Shown here piece after piece: positions 10,083-19,011 of a stretch of DNA of 64,000 nt. Positions within the stretch are counted from its first letter, which is position 1. The number at the start of each line of letters is the position of its first letter. The position numbers and the translations under genes are program-made. The notes under the pieces are model-generated. The model saw only the letters and a program-made list of their open reading frames with translations, was not told the DNA's origin and did not search any database. This DNA is from an uncultured Clostridia bacterium (lineage in GTDB: Bacteria; Bacillota; Clostridia; Christensenellales; CAG-314), in the NCBI GenBank assembly GCA_947628135.1, contig CANQYT010000001.1, forward strand, positions 129,285 to 193,284, read 5' to 3'.

Positions 10083-10628
10083 ATGGTAAACGCACAGGAA
10101 CATTTCGACAAGGCTTACGACAACTACACCGAAGCGCTCGCGCTGATAGAGGAAATTTGCGCCTCCGACAAGCGTAACGCGCACAACGTCGAACAACTGC
10201 GCAGGCAGTTCGACGTAATAGTGCAGTACGTCCTGCTCAAAGTTGCGATAGCCGACGGCGAATTTTCCGAAATAGAGGGCGCGTTTATCGACAATCTCAC
10301 GGACAATATGAAGATACTTCATTTGTTGGGTTTGGGCGGAGATGAGTACAATTGGCAGTTTGCGGGCATACACCTGCACCTTTGGCAGATAGAGACTGTC
10401 ATCGACAAGGTGGAAAAACTCGCCTATGCGCCGATGTTCGATTTCGCAAAGAAATTCGCTCCCGTCGCTGCGCACACCGACTGCCTTGACAAATTGTTCG
10501 GCTACGTAAAAACCATCGCCGCCTGCTTCATTTTGTGCGACGGCAACGGCACTCAGAGGGAAGTTGCCGTGGCTTTGGATGTAGTGCAACGCTGTCTTGT
10601 AAACCCGTGGCAAAATGCCGCAAAGTAG
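10083..10628 (+). CDS. hypothetical helical protein (possibly TerB-like)
   Basis: Internal Met 23 of ORF 10017..10628. The segment KVAIADGEFSEIEGAFID weakly recalls TerB-type ADGxxxxxE. Call is tentative. Confidence 0.45.
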   Translation: MVNAQEHFDKAYDNYTEALALIEEICASDKRNAHNVEQLRRQFDVIVQYVLLKVAIADGEFSEIEGAFIDNLTDNMKILHLLGLGGDEYNWQFAGIHLHLWQIETVIDKVEKLAYAPMFDFAKKFAPVAAHTDCLDKLFGYVKTIAACFILCDGNGTQREVAVALDVVQRCLVNPWQNAAK

Positions 10629-10703
10629 TTTTCGCGGCATTTGACAAACTTGTTTCCGATACGCCCCGCCCAAGCGGCGGCGTTTTTTTTATTTTACCTT
10701 TTA

Positions 10704-11210
10704 TCAAAGGTAGGCTTTCAGCGATTCGAATTTCCCCTCTTCGAAACGCAGTATCTGTTTCTGCAAAGAGGTCACTTCCGGGTTGACGTCGGAGTCCTCT
10801 CTTATCATACGGTACAGATCTATTATACCGTTGAGCGTGCCTTGCAGCATAATTTTCGCTACGTGCGTGATACTTTTGTCCGCCATCATTTTCGCTTTGA
10901 TTCCCATATTCGCCATTGTCTGAGCAAATTTGGGCGCGGGCGTGGGATCGAAATTGAGATTTTCGCACAATTCGTCCAACTGTTCCACGTATCTGTCGTA
11001 TTGTTCCACCTGCTTGTGCAAAGCCTTTGTCACTTCCTGTTTTTCCACGTAGGGCAGCAAGGTTTTTATGCAACTTTGCGCCATAGTTACGTTTTTGTAC
11101 AGTTCGCTCATAGCCTGACGCGTTCTTTCCACGTTGCAGTTGTTTTCCGTCACGGGCTGTTCCGTCGTTTCGGGCGCGTTCTTTTTGCCGTTAGTCGTCG
11201 TCATCTTCAA
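10704..11210 (-). CDS. hypothetical helical-bundle protein
   Basis: 168 aa ORF. Predicted all-helical by composition. Its start codon overlaps the stop of a small upstream ORF. Confidence 0.55.
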   Translation of the reverse strand: MKMTTTNGKKNAPETTEQPVTENNCNVERTRQAMSELYKNVTMAQSCIKTLLPYVEKQEVTKALHKQVEQYDRYVEQLDELCENLNFDPTPAPKFAQTMANMGIKAKMMADKSITHVAKIMLQGTLNGIIDLYRMIREDSDVNPEVTSLQKQILRFEEGKFESLKAYL

Positions 11211-11340
11211 ACGCCTCCTCCCAACTCAGATGTACGTCCTCTATCTGCAACCAATCGGGCTCGAAATCGTCGAACAGGCGATTGCGGCAGGTTTCGTAGT
11301 TCGCGTAGTATTCGTGATTGTTCTGTTTGCTCTTTGCCAT
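11191..11340 (-). CDS. small acidic protein (49 aa), below the ORF-track cutoff
   Basis: Hand translation of the reverse strand gives MAKSKQNNHEYYANYETCRNRLFDDFEPDWLQIEDVHLSWEEAFEDDDD*. It is preceded by ACAGGAGGTAGTT (GGAGG, 5-nt spacer). Its stop lies inside the first codons of the 10704..11210 gene. Confidence 0.45.
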   Translation of the reverse strand: MAKSKQNNHEYYANYETCRNRLFDDFEPDWLQIEDVHLSWEEAFEDDDD

Positions 11341-11462
11341 AACTACCTCCTGTGTTTGGAAGTAGTATGAGCATATCTCGCGCGATTATGCTTTTCGCCG
11401 CCGAGTAAAAGGGGCGGAAGTGAATTTTGTAAAAAATCTTTTGCGCTGTTTGCAATCGTTTG

Positions 11463-12407
11463 TCAGCGCAGCGCGGTTTCCTGCGTAAATTCGCGCACGG
11501 CGTTTTCGTATCTCGGCTTGTCCGTCATATAACTCAACCCGTGCCCCGCGTCGGGAAACGTCAGCAGTTTCGCGTGATCTTTGCAGGCGGCGTACAGTTT
11601 ACGGCTCATATCGCAGGGCACAATGTCGTCCTCTTCGCCGTGTATCAGCAGTATGGGCAGGTCGGTGTTCGCAACGGCTTTCAACGCCGTCGCCTCGTCG
11701 GGGTCGAATCCGCCGAAGATTTTCGCGGCGGCGTTTATCAGCGGGGTCATAATTTTCGTCGACAGTCCGAGTTTTGCGCAACTGTCCGCGATTATTTCCG
11801 AGGGCGCGGCGTATGGGCTGTCCGCGATGATGCCTCTGACGTTTTTGGGCAGATCCAACTCGCTTGCCGAAAGCACGGTAGACGCTCCCATCGACACGCC
11901 CACCAGCCATATCTGCGTATCTTTGCCGAACCGTTCGAGCGCGTAATTTATCCAACTTACCACGTCGAACCTTTCGCGTATGCCGAAAGTGATGGTGTGC
12001 CCCTCGCTTTCGCCGTGAGCGCGCAAATCTATCAACAGCGTGTTGAAGCCGCTTTCCCGCGCGAGTTTGTTGCCTCCGCAAAAGTCGCGTACGCTCGTGC
12101 CGCGGTAGCCGGGCACTTGTATCTGCAACGGCGCGCCCTCCGATACAAAGTAGTATCTTGCGGAAAGTTTCAGCCCGTCGAAACTCGTCGTGTACACCCG
12201 TTCGTAGGGCGTTTGCTCCATTTCGGAGATAAGCGCGTACATCTTGTCGCGGTTATGTTCGAAATGTTTGCTTTTGGGCAAACGGTAGTGATTTTCCGTC
12301 TTGTGCCGCCTCTGGTAGAAGGGCAGATAATAGCATACGAACAGCAACGCGATAGATACAAGCCCAACGCAGCAAACTACTATCAAAAAAATACAAAATC
12401 CTATCAT
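11463..12407 (-). CDS. alpha/beta-fold hydrolase with N-terminal membrane anchor
   Basis: 314 aa. N-terminal TM segment, nucleophile elbow GVSMGAS (GxSxG), and a late HGEEDDIVP...GH motif consistent with a Ser-Asp-His triad. Confidence 0.8.
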   Translation of the reverse strand: MIGFCIFLIVVCCVGLVSIALLFVCYYLPFYQRRHKTENHYRLPKSKHFEHNRDKMYALISEMEQTPYERVYTTSFDGLKLSARYYFVSEGAPLQIQVPGYRGTSVRDFCGGNKLARESGFNTLLIDLRAHGESEGHTITFGIRERFDVVSWINYALERFGKDTQIWLVGVSMGASTVLSASELDLPKNVRGIIADSPYAAPSEIIADSCAKLGLSTKIMTPLINAAAKIFGGFDPDEATALKAVANTDLPILLIHGEEDDIVPCDMSRKLYAACKDHAKLLTFPDAGHGLSYMTDKPRYENAVREFTQETALR

Positions 12408-12600
12408 AGTATTCGTCCTTTGTCTCCACTGTACCGCTTTTTCACACGTTTGTCAAGCATAGATTTTTCTTCGGCGTTTTTCGGCAATGTTTTACGTAAC
12501 GTCGATTTGCCGACAATTTTACATCGGCAAAGTAAATTGTCCGCAAGTTGTGTAGTGAAGTTGCGCGCGCACAGCCGCAACCGTTTGCAGAACCGCCCCG

Positions 12601-12634
12601 AAAAAAAACGACCTCGGCATACGCAGTCGAGGTC
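12601..12634 (-). terminator. rho-independent terminator (minus strand) after the XRE gene
   Basis: Reverse strand reads GACCTCG-actgcgtatgc-CGAGGTCG followed by T8. The hairpin overlaps the stop codon. Confidence 0.75.
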
Positions 12635-12848
12635 ATTTCTTAACGATGAGAATATCGTCGGCGGAACAATCGAGAAAGTTACACAATTTGGACAGCACCG
12701 CAAGCGTAGGCTGTATACGTCCCGACACGTATTGCGACACGGTCGGTTTTGTCACGCCTATTGCTCGGGCGATCTCCGTTTTCGTTTTGCCCGACGTTTC
12801 TATTTCCCGTTTCAGATTTTCGCTTATTTGTTCATCTAAGGATTTCAT
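12633..12848 (-). CDS. XRE-family helix-turn-helix transcriptional regulator
   Basis: 71 aa. KTKTEIARAIGVTKPTVSQYVSGRIQPTLAVLSKLCNFL is a canonical Cro/C1 HTH. Confidence 0.85.
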   Translation of the reverse strand: MKSLDEQISENLKREIETSGKTKTEIARAIGVTKPTVSQYVSGRIQPTLAVLSKLCNFLDCSADDILIVKK

Positions 12849-12857
12849 TCTTCTATA

Positions 12858-12872
12858 TTAGGCAATACCTAA
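12858..12872. promoter_or_regulatory. 15-bp palindromic operator candidate 1 (TTAGGCAATACCTAA)
   Basis: TTAGG/CCTAA inverted-repeat arms around a 5-nt centre (CAATA). Lies in the divergent intergenic region between the XRE gene and the 13031 gene. Confidence 0.55.
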
Positions 12873-12888
12873 ATATTGCGCTTTATAG

Positions 12889-12903
12889 TTAGGCATTACC
12901 TAA
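12889..12903. promoter_or_regulatory. 15-bp palindromic operator candidate 2 (TTAGGCATTACCTAA)
   Basis: Second near-identical palindrome, 31 bp centre-to-centre from the first (about three helical turns). Confidence 0.55.
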
Positions 12904-13030
12904 TAATACTACTGCATTTCTACATAGAAATTATAATAATGTTGTGCGATTGTCGATTCAGAATGTATGGTTGACTATCACTTCAATTTGGACAGACTTT
13001 GTCGTGCAAGAATAGTATAAGGAGTAAAAA

Positions 13031-14434
13031 ATGAGCGAACAGAAGAACATTTCTAAAAAGAAAAAAATAATTATAGCGGTCGTTGCGGCTGTTGTGGCAA
13101 TCGCGTTGCTGGTGACAATTTTAGTGTTGTGCTTGCCCAATGATTCCAAAAACCCAACACCGGATAACCCAACCCACACGGAACATATTTGGGATGAATG
13201 GGAAACTTTCAAACAAGCGACGTGTACCGAACAGGGAGAGCTTAGACGTAAATGCACTCAATGCGATGCGTATGAAACAATGCCCGAAAAGGAATTGGGA
13301 CATATTCTCGATCCAAAAACAGAACAAATCAAAGAACCTGCTACTTGTATTGATGCAGGAGTTATACAAGGTAAATGCAGTCGTTGCGGGCAAACTGCCG
13401 AGAGACCAATAGCCGCTTTGGGTCACAGTATGGAGTGGAGTATCGACGAAAATACGCACGTAAAGAAATGCACTCGTTGTAAGCAACAGGAAGGTACGCC
13501 CGAGCAACATATATTTAACGGAGAAAATCAGTGTACAGAATGTGGTTACACAAAGCAAACAAGCAAACACTATGTTCTTTCCGAGGATGGCAAAACACTC
13601 ACTTTCGGCAGTTATCCGCAGAGTGAAGTGACTGATAATGCGCTAATATCCAACCTTAATGCGGAGATACAAAACAAATTGCCGTCAAGCGATGATCTGA
13701 ACAGTTGGACGGATTACGGTTACTATATTCAAGGGAAAGTACAAAGTTATATGTGGTACATAGATGTGGAGTACAAAAGTGATAAATACCGCGGTGTATA
13801 CTTTACCGAGTACCGTCCGGAAAATGCAGGCTATGGCACGGGAAATTCAAACAGCAAGCAGGACGAAAACGGATATACAACAGAAAAGGTATACTGGTTC
13901 AAGTTTGAACCTATTACTTGGAGAATACTGACGCAAGAAAACGGAAAAGCATTTGTTGCTGCCGATATTATCCTCGACAGCAGGGAGTTTGACGCATTGG
14001 GTTCAAACAACTACGCCGCAAGCGGAATACGCAAATGGCTCAACGATGCATTTTTAAAAACGGCATTAGCAAATTTGGAAGATTACGTAGTCGTTACAAA
14101 CGTTGACAACAGTGCCGATTCAACCGGAGTTACCGACAACAAAAACATTTGTGAAAATACAGACGACAAAGTATTTTTGCTTAGTTATGCGGAAGTATTA
14201 AACGAGGATTTAGGATTTGATTTTGACACACGCAAACATCAAAGCACTGATTACGCCAAAATTCAAGGCGTCAACAAGAGTTCCTCGGGTTATGGATATT
14301 GGTTGCTCCGTTCGCCCTCATCGGACACAACTTTCGACGTGCGTGCTGTGCATACCTCAGGTATGGTATCCGATGAACGTCGAATGAGTGAAACATCAAG
14401 CGGTATCGTGCCCGCATTGTATATGGTTTTGTAA
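13031..14434 (+). CDS. membrane-anchored extracellular protein with Cys-rich repeats and a DUF6273-like C-terminal domain
   Basis: 467 aa. N-terminal TM anchor. Three CxxC-containing repeats (ATCTEQG..KCTQCD, ATCIDAG..KCSRCG, KCTRCK..QCTECG). Then FGSYPQSEV, ITWRIL, KVFLLSYAEV and YWLRSPS motifs, which I recall as typical of DUF6273. Confidence 0.65.
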   Translation: MSEQKNISKKKKIIIAVVAAVVAIALLVTILVLCLPNDSKNPTPDNPTHTEHIWDEWETFKQATCTEQGELRRKCTQCDAYETMPEKELGHILDPKTEQIKEPATCIDAGVIQGKCSRCGQTAERPIAALGHSMEWSIDENTHVKKCTRCKQQEGTPEQHIFNGENQCTECGYTKQTSKHYVLSEDGKTLTFGSYPQSEVTDNALISNLNAEIQNKLPSSDDLNSWTDYGYYIQGKVQSYMWYIDVEYKSDKYRGVYFTEYRPENAGYGTGNSNSKQDENGYTTEKVYWFKFEPITWRILTQENGKAFVAADIILDSREFDALGSNNYAASGIRKWLNDAFLKTALANLEDYVVVTNVDNSADSTGVTDNKNICENTDDKVFLLSYAEVLNEDLGFDFDTRKHQSTDYAKIQGVNKSSSGYGYWLLRSPSSDTTFDVRAVHTSGMVSDERRMSETSSGIVPALYMVL

Positions 14435-14459
14435 AAAAGAATTTGCACAAGTTTTTTTT

Positions 14460-14498
14460 CACCCCATATCGCGTTTTTGCGGTGTGGGGTGTTTTTTT
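14460..14498 (+). terminator. rho-independent terminator
   Basis: Hairpin CACCCCA...TGGGGTG followed by T7. Confidence 0.75.
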
Positions 14499-14827
14499 GA
14501 GGGAGAAATCGCTCGCCGCAGACGGTTGCGGATGTCGCCGCGCGTTCGTTTTGCACGCCCGTTTCACCCGCTCAACGAACAAGCGTTTTGCCTATATCGT
14601 CGTTTTGTTTTGCGTATGCCGCCGCAAATTACGTCGGGAAAGTCTCGCGCAATGCAAATCTTCAAGTAAAATGGCGAAAACAGCGAAATTTCGTTTGACT
14701 TTTCTCCCTTTTTAATGTAATATATATCTCAGCCGCGTAAAACGGGTTTTTTGTCAAGCGCTTTTTCGCCGCCGCATCGACGGGAAAGTCACCCTATTAG
14801 CGAGTCTTATCAGGAGGTAAAAGTAAT

Positions 14828-15136
14828 ATGTACGCAATCGTAAAAACAGGCGGAAAACAGTACAAGGTTACGGAAGGTCTCGTATTCGAAACGGAACTTC
14901 TCGACGCCGAAGTAAATTCCGCAGTGGAACTGGAAGTTGTGCTTGCGGCGGACGGAGACAAGGTTCTCACGGGCGCAGAGGCGGCAAACTGCAAGGTTAC
15001 GGCAACGGTAGTAGAACACGGCAAGGGAAAGAAGATAAACATCTTCACCTACAAAGCCAAGAAGAACGTCCGTCACCGTCAAGGTCACAGACAGCCCTAC
15101 ACCAAGCTGAAAGTTACAGGCATCACTTTGGGCTGA
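14828..15136 (+). CDS. rplU: 50S ribosomal protein L21
   Basis: 102 aa. Starts MYAIVKTGGKQYKVTEG. Confidence 0.97.
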   Translation: MYAIVKTGGKQYKVTEGLVFETELLDAEVNSAVELEVVLAADGDKVLTGAEAANCKVTATVVEHGKGKKINIFTYKAKKNVRHRQGHRQPYTKLKVTGITLG

Positions 15137-15465
15137 TGACAGACGTAAAGATCACTCGCAAAAACAATTCCGTCGTTGAAGTGACGGCGTGCGGACACAC
15201 GGGTTACGCGCAAAGCGGCGAGGACATCGTGTGCGCAGGCGTTTCCACTCTGATACAGTCCGCGTTGCTCGGTCTGTTGCAGGTGGCAAAGATAAACGTA
15301 CGCTACAACGTCAACGAGGAAGAAGGCTCTCTCAGGATAACTCTGCCGGAGCGTCTCACAGCGGAAGAGCGGCACGACGCCGACGTAATTCTCAACACGA
15401 TGCTGTGCGGCTTGCAGGATTTCTACACGGAGTATTCCGACTTTATCAATTTGGAGGTAATTTGA
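15136..15465 (+). CDS. prp: ribosomal-processing cysteine protease Prp
   Basis: 109 aa between rplU and rpmA. Contains the ACGHTGYA...DIVCAGVS motifs of Prp/YsxB. Confidence 0.9.
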   Translation: MTDVKITRKNNSVVEVTACGHTGYAQSGEDIVCAGVSTLIQSALLGLLQVAKINVRYNVNEEEGSLRITLPERLTAEERHDADVILNTMLCGLQDFYTEYSDFINLEVI

Positions 15466-15466
15466 A

Positions 15467-15748
15467 ATGATGTTCATAAAGTTGCAGTTGTTCGCCCACA
15501 AGAAAGGAATGGGCAGCACAAAGAACGGACGCGACAGCGAAAGCAAACGTCTCGGCGCAAAGCGTGCCGACGGACAGTTCGCCCGCGCCGGAAACATTCT
15601 CGTCAGACAGCGCGGTACGCATTTCCACCCCGGCAACAACGTCGGTATCGGCAAAGACGACACCCTGTTCGCTTTGATAGACGGCGTTGTCAAGTTCGAG
15701 CAGAACAAAACGAGAAGACAAGTTTCCGTCTATCCCGTTGCGGAGTAG
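15467..15748 (+). CDS. rpmA: 50S ribosomal protein L27 (with N-terminal propeptide)
   Basis: 93 aa. [10 protein letters not shown]|[20 protein letters not shown]. The extension ending in FA before HKKG is the Firmicutes Prp cleavage context. Confidence 0.97.
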   Translation: MMFIKLQLFAHKKGMGSTKNGRDSESKRLGAKRADGQFARAGNILVRQRGTHFHPGNNVGIGKDDTLFALIDGVVKFEQNKTRRQVSVYPVAE

Positions 15749-15761
15749 AAATTTTTTCGAA

Positions 15762-15789
15762 AACGAGGTTGAGCGCAACCTCGTTTTTT
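15762..15789 (+). terminator. rho-independent terminator of the rplU-prp-rpmA operon
   Basis: Hairpin AACGAGGTT-gagcgc-AACCTCGTT followed by a T run. Confidence 0.85.
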
Positions 15790-15885
15790 CAAAGCCGCCG
15801 CAAGTTGTTTTTTGCCGCTTTGCCGCAATCGAACAATGACGCGCGCAATTGAGAAAATTCATTCCGAAGAAACGCAGGTACACTT

Positions 15886-16728
15886 ATGAATTTACCATTG
15901 GCATTCACTTACGACTCGCAATATTTTTCCGTGCGCGACACGCTGGAATGCGGTCAGATATTCCGTTACAAGCGTCTTGACAACGGCAGATACGCCGTTT
16001 TTTCGAGGGACAAGTACGCGGAACTTGACGCTGTGGGCGAAAAAGTGGAAGTCTACACGACGGACGGAGAGTATTTTTACCGCTTTTTCGATTTGGAAAC
16101 GGACTACGGAGCAAAGGTCGAGCGCATATCCGCCCTTTCCCCGATAATGAAGCGCGCGGCGGAGTGCGGCAAAGGTATCCGCATACTCAATCAGGATCTC
16201 ACCGAAATGATTTTCAGTTTCATCATTTCGGCAAACAACAACATCAAGCGTATCGGCGGGATAATAGAGCGTATCTGCAACCAATTGGGCGAGGACACTC
16301 CTTTCGGCAAGGCGTTTCCGTCCGTTGAGGCTATCGCCGACAGCCCCGTCGAACTTTTTTCCCGTTTGGGCGCGGGCTACCGCGACAAGTATCTCGTCGC
16401 CACCGCGCAAAAACTGCTTGATTACGACGTGCGCTCGCTTTACGCTTTGGACAGCGCGTCCGCGCGCAAGCAGTTGCTTACGTTTTGCGGGGTAGGACCG
16501 AAAGTTGCCGATTGCATATTGCTTTTCGGAATGCACCGCGGAGACGTTTTCCCCGTGGACACCTGGCTCAAAAAGGTATACCACGCCTACTTCGAGCAGG
16601 GACATCGCGATTGCGAAATATCGACCTTTTTCTGCAACTTGTTCGGAACGGACGCGGGGCTTTGCCAACAATATTTGTTTTATTTTCAAAGAAAGTATGG
16701 ACAAAACGCCGCAAATACTGTACAATAA
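15886..16728 (+). CDS. ogg: HhH-GPD DNA glycosylase (8-oxoguanine glycosylase / DNA lyase type)
   Basis: 280 aa. HhH-GPD signature FCGVGPKVADCILLFGMHRGDVFPVDTWLKK with the catalytic K and D. Confidence 0.8.
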   Translation: MNLPLAFTYDSQYFSVRDTLECGQIFRYKRLDNGRYAVFSRDKYAELDAVGEKVEVYTTDGEYFYRFFDLETDYGAKVERISALSPIMKRAAECGKGIRILNQDLTEMIFSFIISANNNIKRIGGIIERICNQLGEDTPFGKAFPSVEAIADSPVELFSRLGAGYRDKYLVATAQKLLDYDVRSLYALDSASARKQLLTFCGVGPKVADCILLFGMHRGDVFPVDTWLKKVYHAYFEQGHRDCEISTFFCNLFGTDAGLCQQYLFYFQRKYGQNAANTVQ

Positions 16729-16754
16729 AAAGAAGTGACAACGGAGGTAATACA

Positions 16755-17831
16755 ATGCTTAGAGACAGAAATATCTCTTTCTTTATTGACGTAGACAACG
16801 TAGGACTCAAAAGCGACAATTACGTCAACGTTATGGAACAGCTGAACGGAATGGGCGTCATTCTCAGCGGCAAGATCTACGGCGCGGGAGAGCGCAAACA
16901 CAAGGAGATCTACGCCGACGCGGAATTGCACGGCTACCGTATCGAACGCCCGATGCGCGTAAAGCGCCGCGGCAAAAAGGAATTCGACCCGCGTATTTAC
17001 GTGGACGTGGTGGACGCCGTAGCGCGCACGCCCGCCATCGACGCGGTTTGCGTAATAGCCCAACCCGCAGATATGGTCTATCTGTACAGTTATCTGCGCT
17101 CGCGCGGAATAAAGGTCATCGCGCTTGACAACGCCGACGACGCAAGTTGCGCGTTCATCGACGAAGTGATAGACCTCGGTATCGTGTTGGAACTTAAACT
17201 TCCCAAACAGACTGCGCCCGCAAAGCGCGCCGAACCCGCTCGTCCCGCGACTCCCGCCGAACAGCAACCCGCTCCCGCCGACGGGCTGGATCGCACCGAC
17301 GAACTGCTCCGCGAGATAGAACGTTTGCGTTCCTCCGCCGCGGAGGAGACGCCGCGTTCCGACGCTCCCGCCGCCGCGCAGGAAACCGAACGGCACGCGG
17401 AGACGACTTCCGACGAGCAAATTGCCGAAACCGACGACAAGCAAAGTACCGAAGCCGACGGCGAACAAACGGCGAGCATAGTGGACGAGGCGAAGTCCCT
17501 GCTGGAACGCATTGCGGAAATGCGCGATTCCGCTTCGCACGAAACTTCCGAACAGTCGGAGGAAACTCCGAGCGAACAAGCGGAAGAGCAAACGGAGGAG
17601 CAAACGGAACAACAGTCCGCCCCCGCCGCGCAGGAACAAACGCAAGCGGAAGAAGTTGCACAGCCGCAAGACGCGCCCGCAACGGAGACCGCCGCACAGC
17701 CCGCGCAACGCACTTCCGTATCCAACGACAGCGATCTCATCAGGCGCATAGAGGAAATACGCCGCAACAGCCAGGGCGGCGACGAAGACTTCATCGCCGA
17801 AATCAAAAAACTGCTCGACGGTTTGGAGTGA
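16755..17831 (+). CDS. NYN/LabA-like domain protein with a long acidic low-complexity C-terminal half
   Basis: Met 91 of ORF 16485..17831, with GGAGG upstream. The N-terminal ~150 aa (ISFFIDVDNV...VCVIAQPADM...IKVIAL) looks like a NYN domain. The remainder is P/A/E/Q-rich. Confidence 0.65.
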   Translation: MLRDRNISFFIDVDNVGLKSDNYVNVMEQLNGMGVILSGKIYGAGERKHKEIYADAELHGYRIERPMRVKRRGKKEFDPRIYVDVVDAVARTPAIDAVCVIAQPADMVYLYSYLRSRGIKVIALDNADDASCAFIDEVIDLGIVLELKLPKQTAPAKRAEPARPATPAEQQPAPADGLDRTDELLREIERLRSSAAEETPRSDAPAAAQETERHAETTSDEQIAETDDKQSTEADGEQTASIVDEAKSLLERIAEMRDSASHETSEQSEETPSEQAEEQTEEQTEQQSAPAAQEQTQAEEVAQPQDAPATETAAQPAQRTSVSNDSDLIRRIEEIRRNSQGGDEDFIAEIKKLLDGLE

Positions 17832-17860
17832 TAGGGTAGGTTTTCAACCAAGCACAGAAA

Positions 17861-17889
17861 GTCCGTTCTTCGGGAACGGGCTTTTTTTT
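17861..17889 (+). terminator. rho-independent terminator
   Basis: Hairpin GTCCGTTC-ttcg-GGAACGGGC followed by T8. Confidence 0.75.
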
Positions 17890-18048
17890 GCGCTTGTTTT
17901 TCGACGTCGGCAACCTTTTTCTGCGGACGAACTTCGTTTTCGAGGCGCAATATATTGTAACTTGGTATACAATACTATACTTGACAACTTCCCGCCGAAG
18001 TGCTACCATATATCCATAATGGATAATTGTGTCCGCAAGGAGAAAAAA

Positions 18049-18621
18049 ATGACGATCAGACCTTATCAGAAGAAAGATTTTCGTTTTGTGGAGGACATCT
18101 GCATAGCCGCAAGCAAGTATGCCGACGACGACACTCCGCTCAACCGCGCGATATGGTGCAGTATGTACTGCGATTACTATCTGGACAATCAGCCGGAACT
18201 GTGTTTTGTCTCCGTTGACGAAGAGGACGTGCCCGTAGGTTACGTGTTGGGCGCGGCGGATATGGACGACTACCGCGACCGTATGCAGGACTTGTATCTT
18301 CCTCTCGTGCGCAAGGTGTCGGGCGGCGATTACTTCCGTTTCGTTGCCGAAACCAAGGTGTGCGAGCGGTATATTCGCGACGGATATACGGCGCATCTGT
18401 ACCTCAACACTGCGGAGGAACACCGCGACGCGGAGTTGGAAGCGCAGTTGCTTTCCGCATTGGAAAACAAACTCAAAGAAATGTTTGTGGAAGGGCTGTA
18501 TATCATCGCGGGGCAAAAGGACAAGGAAAAGCGCGAGTTTTTGGAAAAATACGGCTACGAGGAAATAGACTACCTCACGGGCGCGGTCGTCTACGGCAAA
18601 AAGTTGTACACAGAGGACTGA
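18049..18621 (+). CDS. GNAT-family N-acetyltransferase
   Basis: Met 30 of ORF 17962..18621, preceded by AAGGAG. MTIRPYQKKDFRFVEDICI and later strands fit the GNAT fold. Assignment moderate. Confidence 0.6.
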   Translation: MTIRPYQKKDFRFVEDICIAASKYADDDTPLNRAIWCSMYCDYYLDNQPELCFVSVDEEDVPVGYVLGAADMDDYRDRMQDLYLPLVRKVSGGDYFRFVAETKVCERYIRDGYTAHLYLNTAEEHRDAELEAQLLSALENKLKEMFVEGLYIIAGQKDKEKREFLEKYGYEEIDYLTGAVVYGKKLYTED

Positions 18622-18624
18622 CAG

Positions 18625-19011
18625 ATGTATTTTTCGCAACCCATAGAAGAAAAGGACGCGCTGTCGCTCAGCGCAGTGACGTTGGCGTTCGTTGGGGACG
18701 CGGTACACAGTCTGTACGTGAGGTGCGCGCTGTCGCAAAGCGGAGTAAGACCCGCGGTTTTGCACGAAACCGCTTCCGACAGGGTCTGCGCTTCGGCTCA
18801 GGCGGCGCTCGCCGAGAAGTGGCTCAATGACTTCACCGAAACGGAAAGGGAAGTTTACCGTCGCGGGCGCAACGGCAGTTTGCATCACAGGGCAAAAAAT
18901 CAGTCCTCCTCCGACTACCGCAAAGCCACGGGTTTCGAAGCGGTGCTGGGCTTTCTGTATCTTACGGGACAGGAAGCGCGGCTCAAACAAATTCTGGAAA
19001 CACAGTTATGA
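18625..19011 (+). CDS. mrnC: mini-ribonuclease III
   Basis: 128 aa. LAFVGDAVHSLYVR and YRRGRN motifs. Sits upstream of rlmB and sigH, as in Bacillus. Confidence 0.9.
   Translation: MYFSQPIEEKDALSLSAVTLAFVGDAVHSLYVRCALSQSGVRPAVLHETASDRVCASAQAALAEKWLNDFTETEREVYRRGRNGSLHHRAKNQSSSDYRKATGFEAVLGFLYLTGQEARLKQILETQL

Noticed and set aside
11460-12839. 459-aa plus-strand ORF, and many other long ORFs antisense to confident genes (e.g. 1115..1741, 17803..18990, 20243..21214, 26004..27386, 30518..32206, 41534..43252, 56098..57489, 62308..63702).
   Set aside because: These are shadow ORFs typical of GC-rich coding DNA. They are Arg/His/Val/Phe-rich low-information translations, lack SD sequences, and fully overlap genes with clear family motifs on the other strand.
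14700-14827. L21 ribosomal leader RNA upstream of rplU.
   Set aside because: It is plausible by position, but I cannot recall the Rfam consensus well enough to verify it from the sequence, so it is left unannotated.
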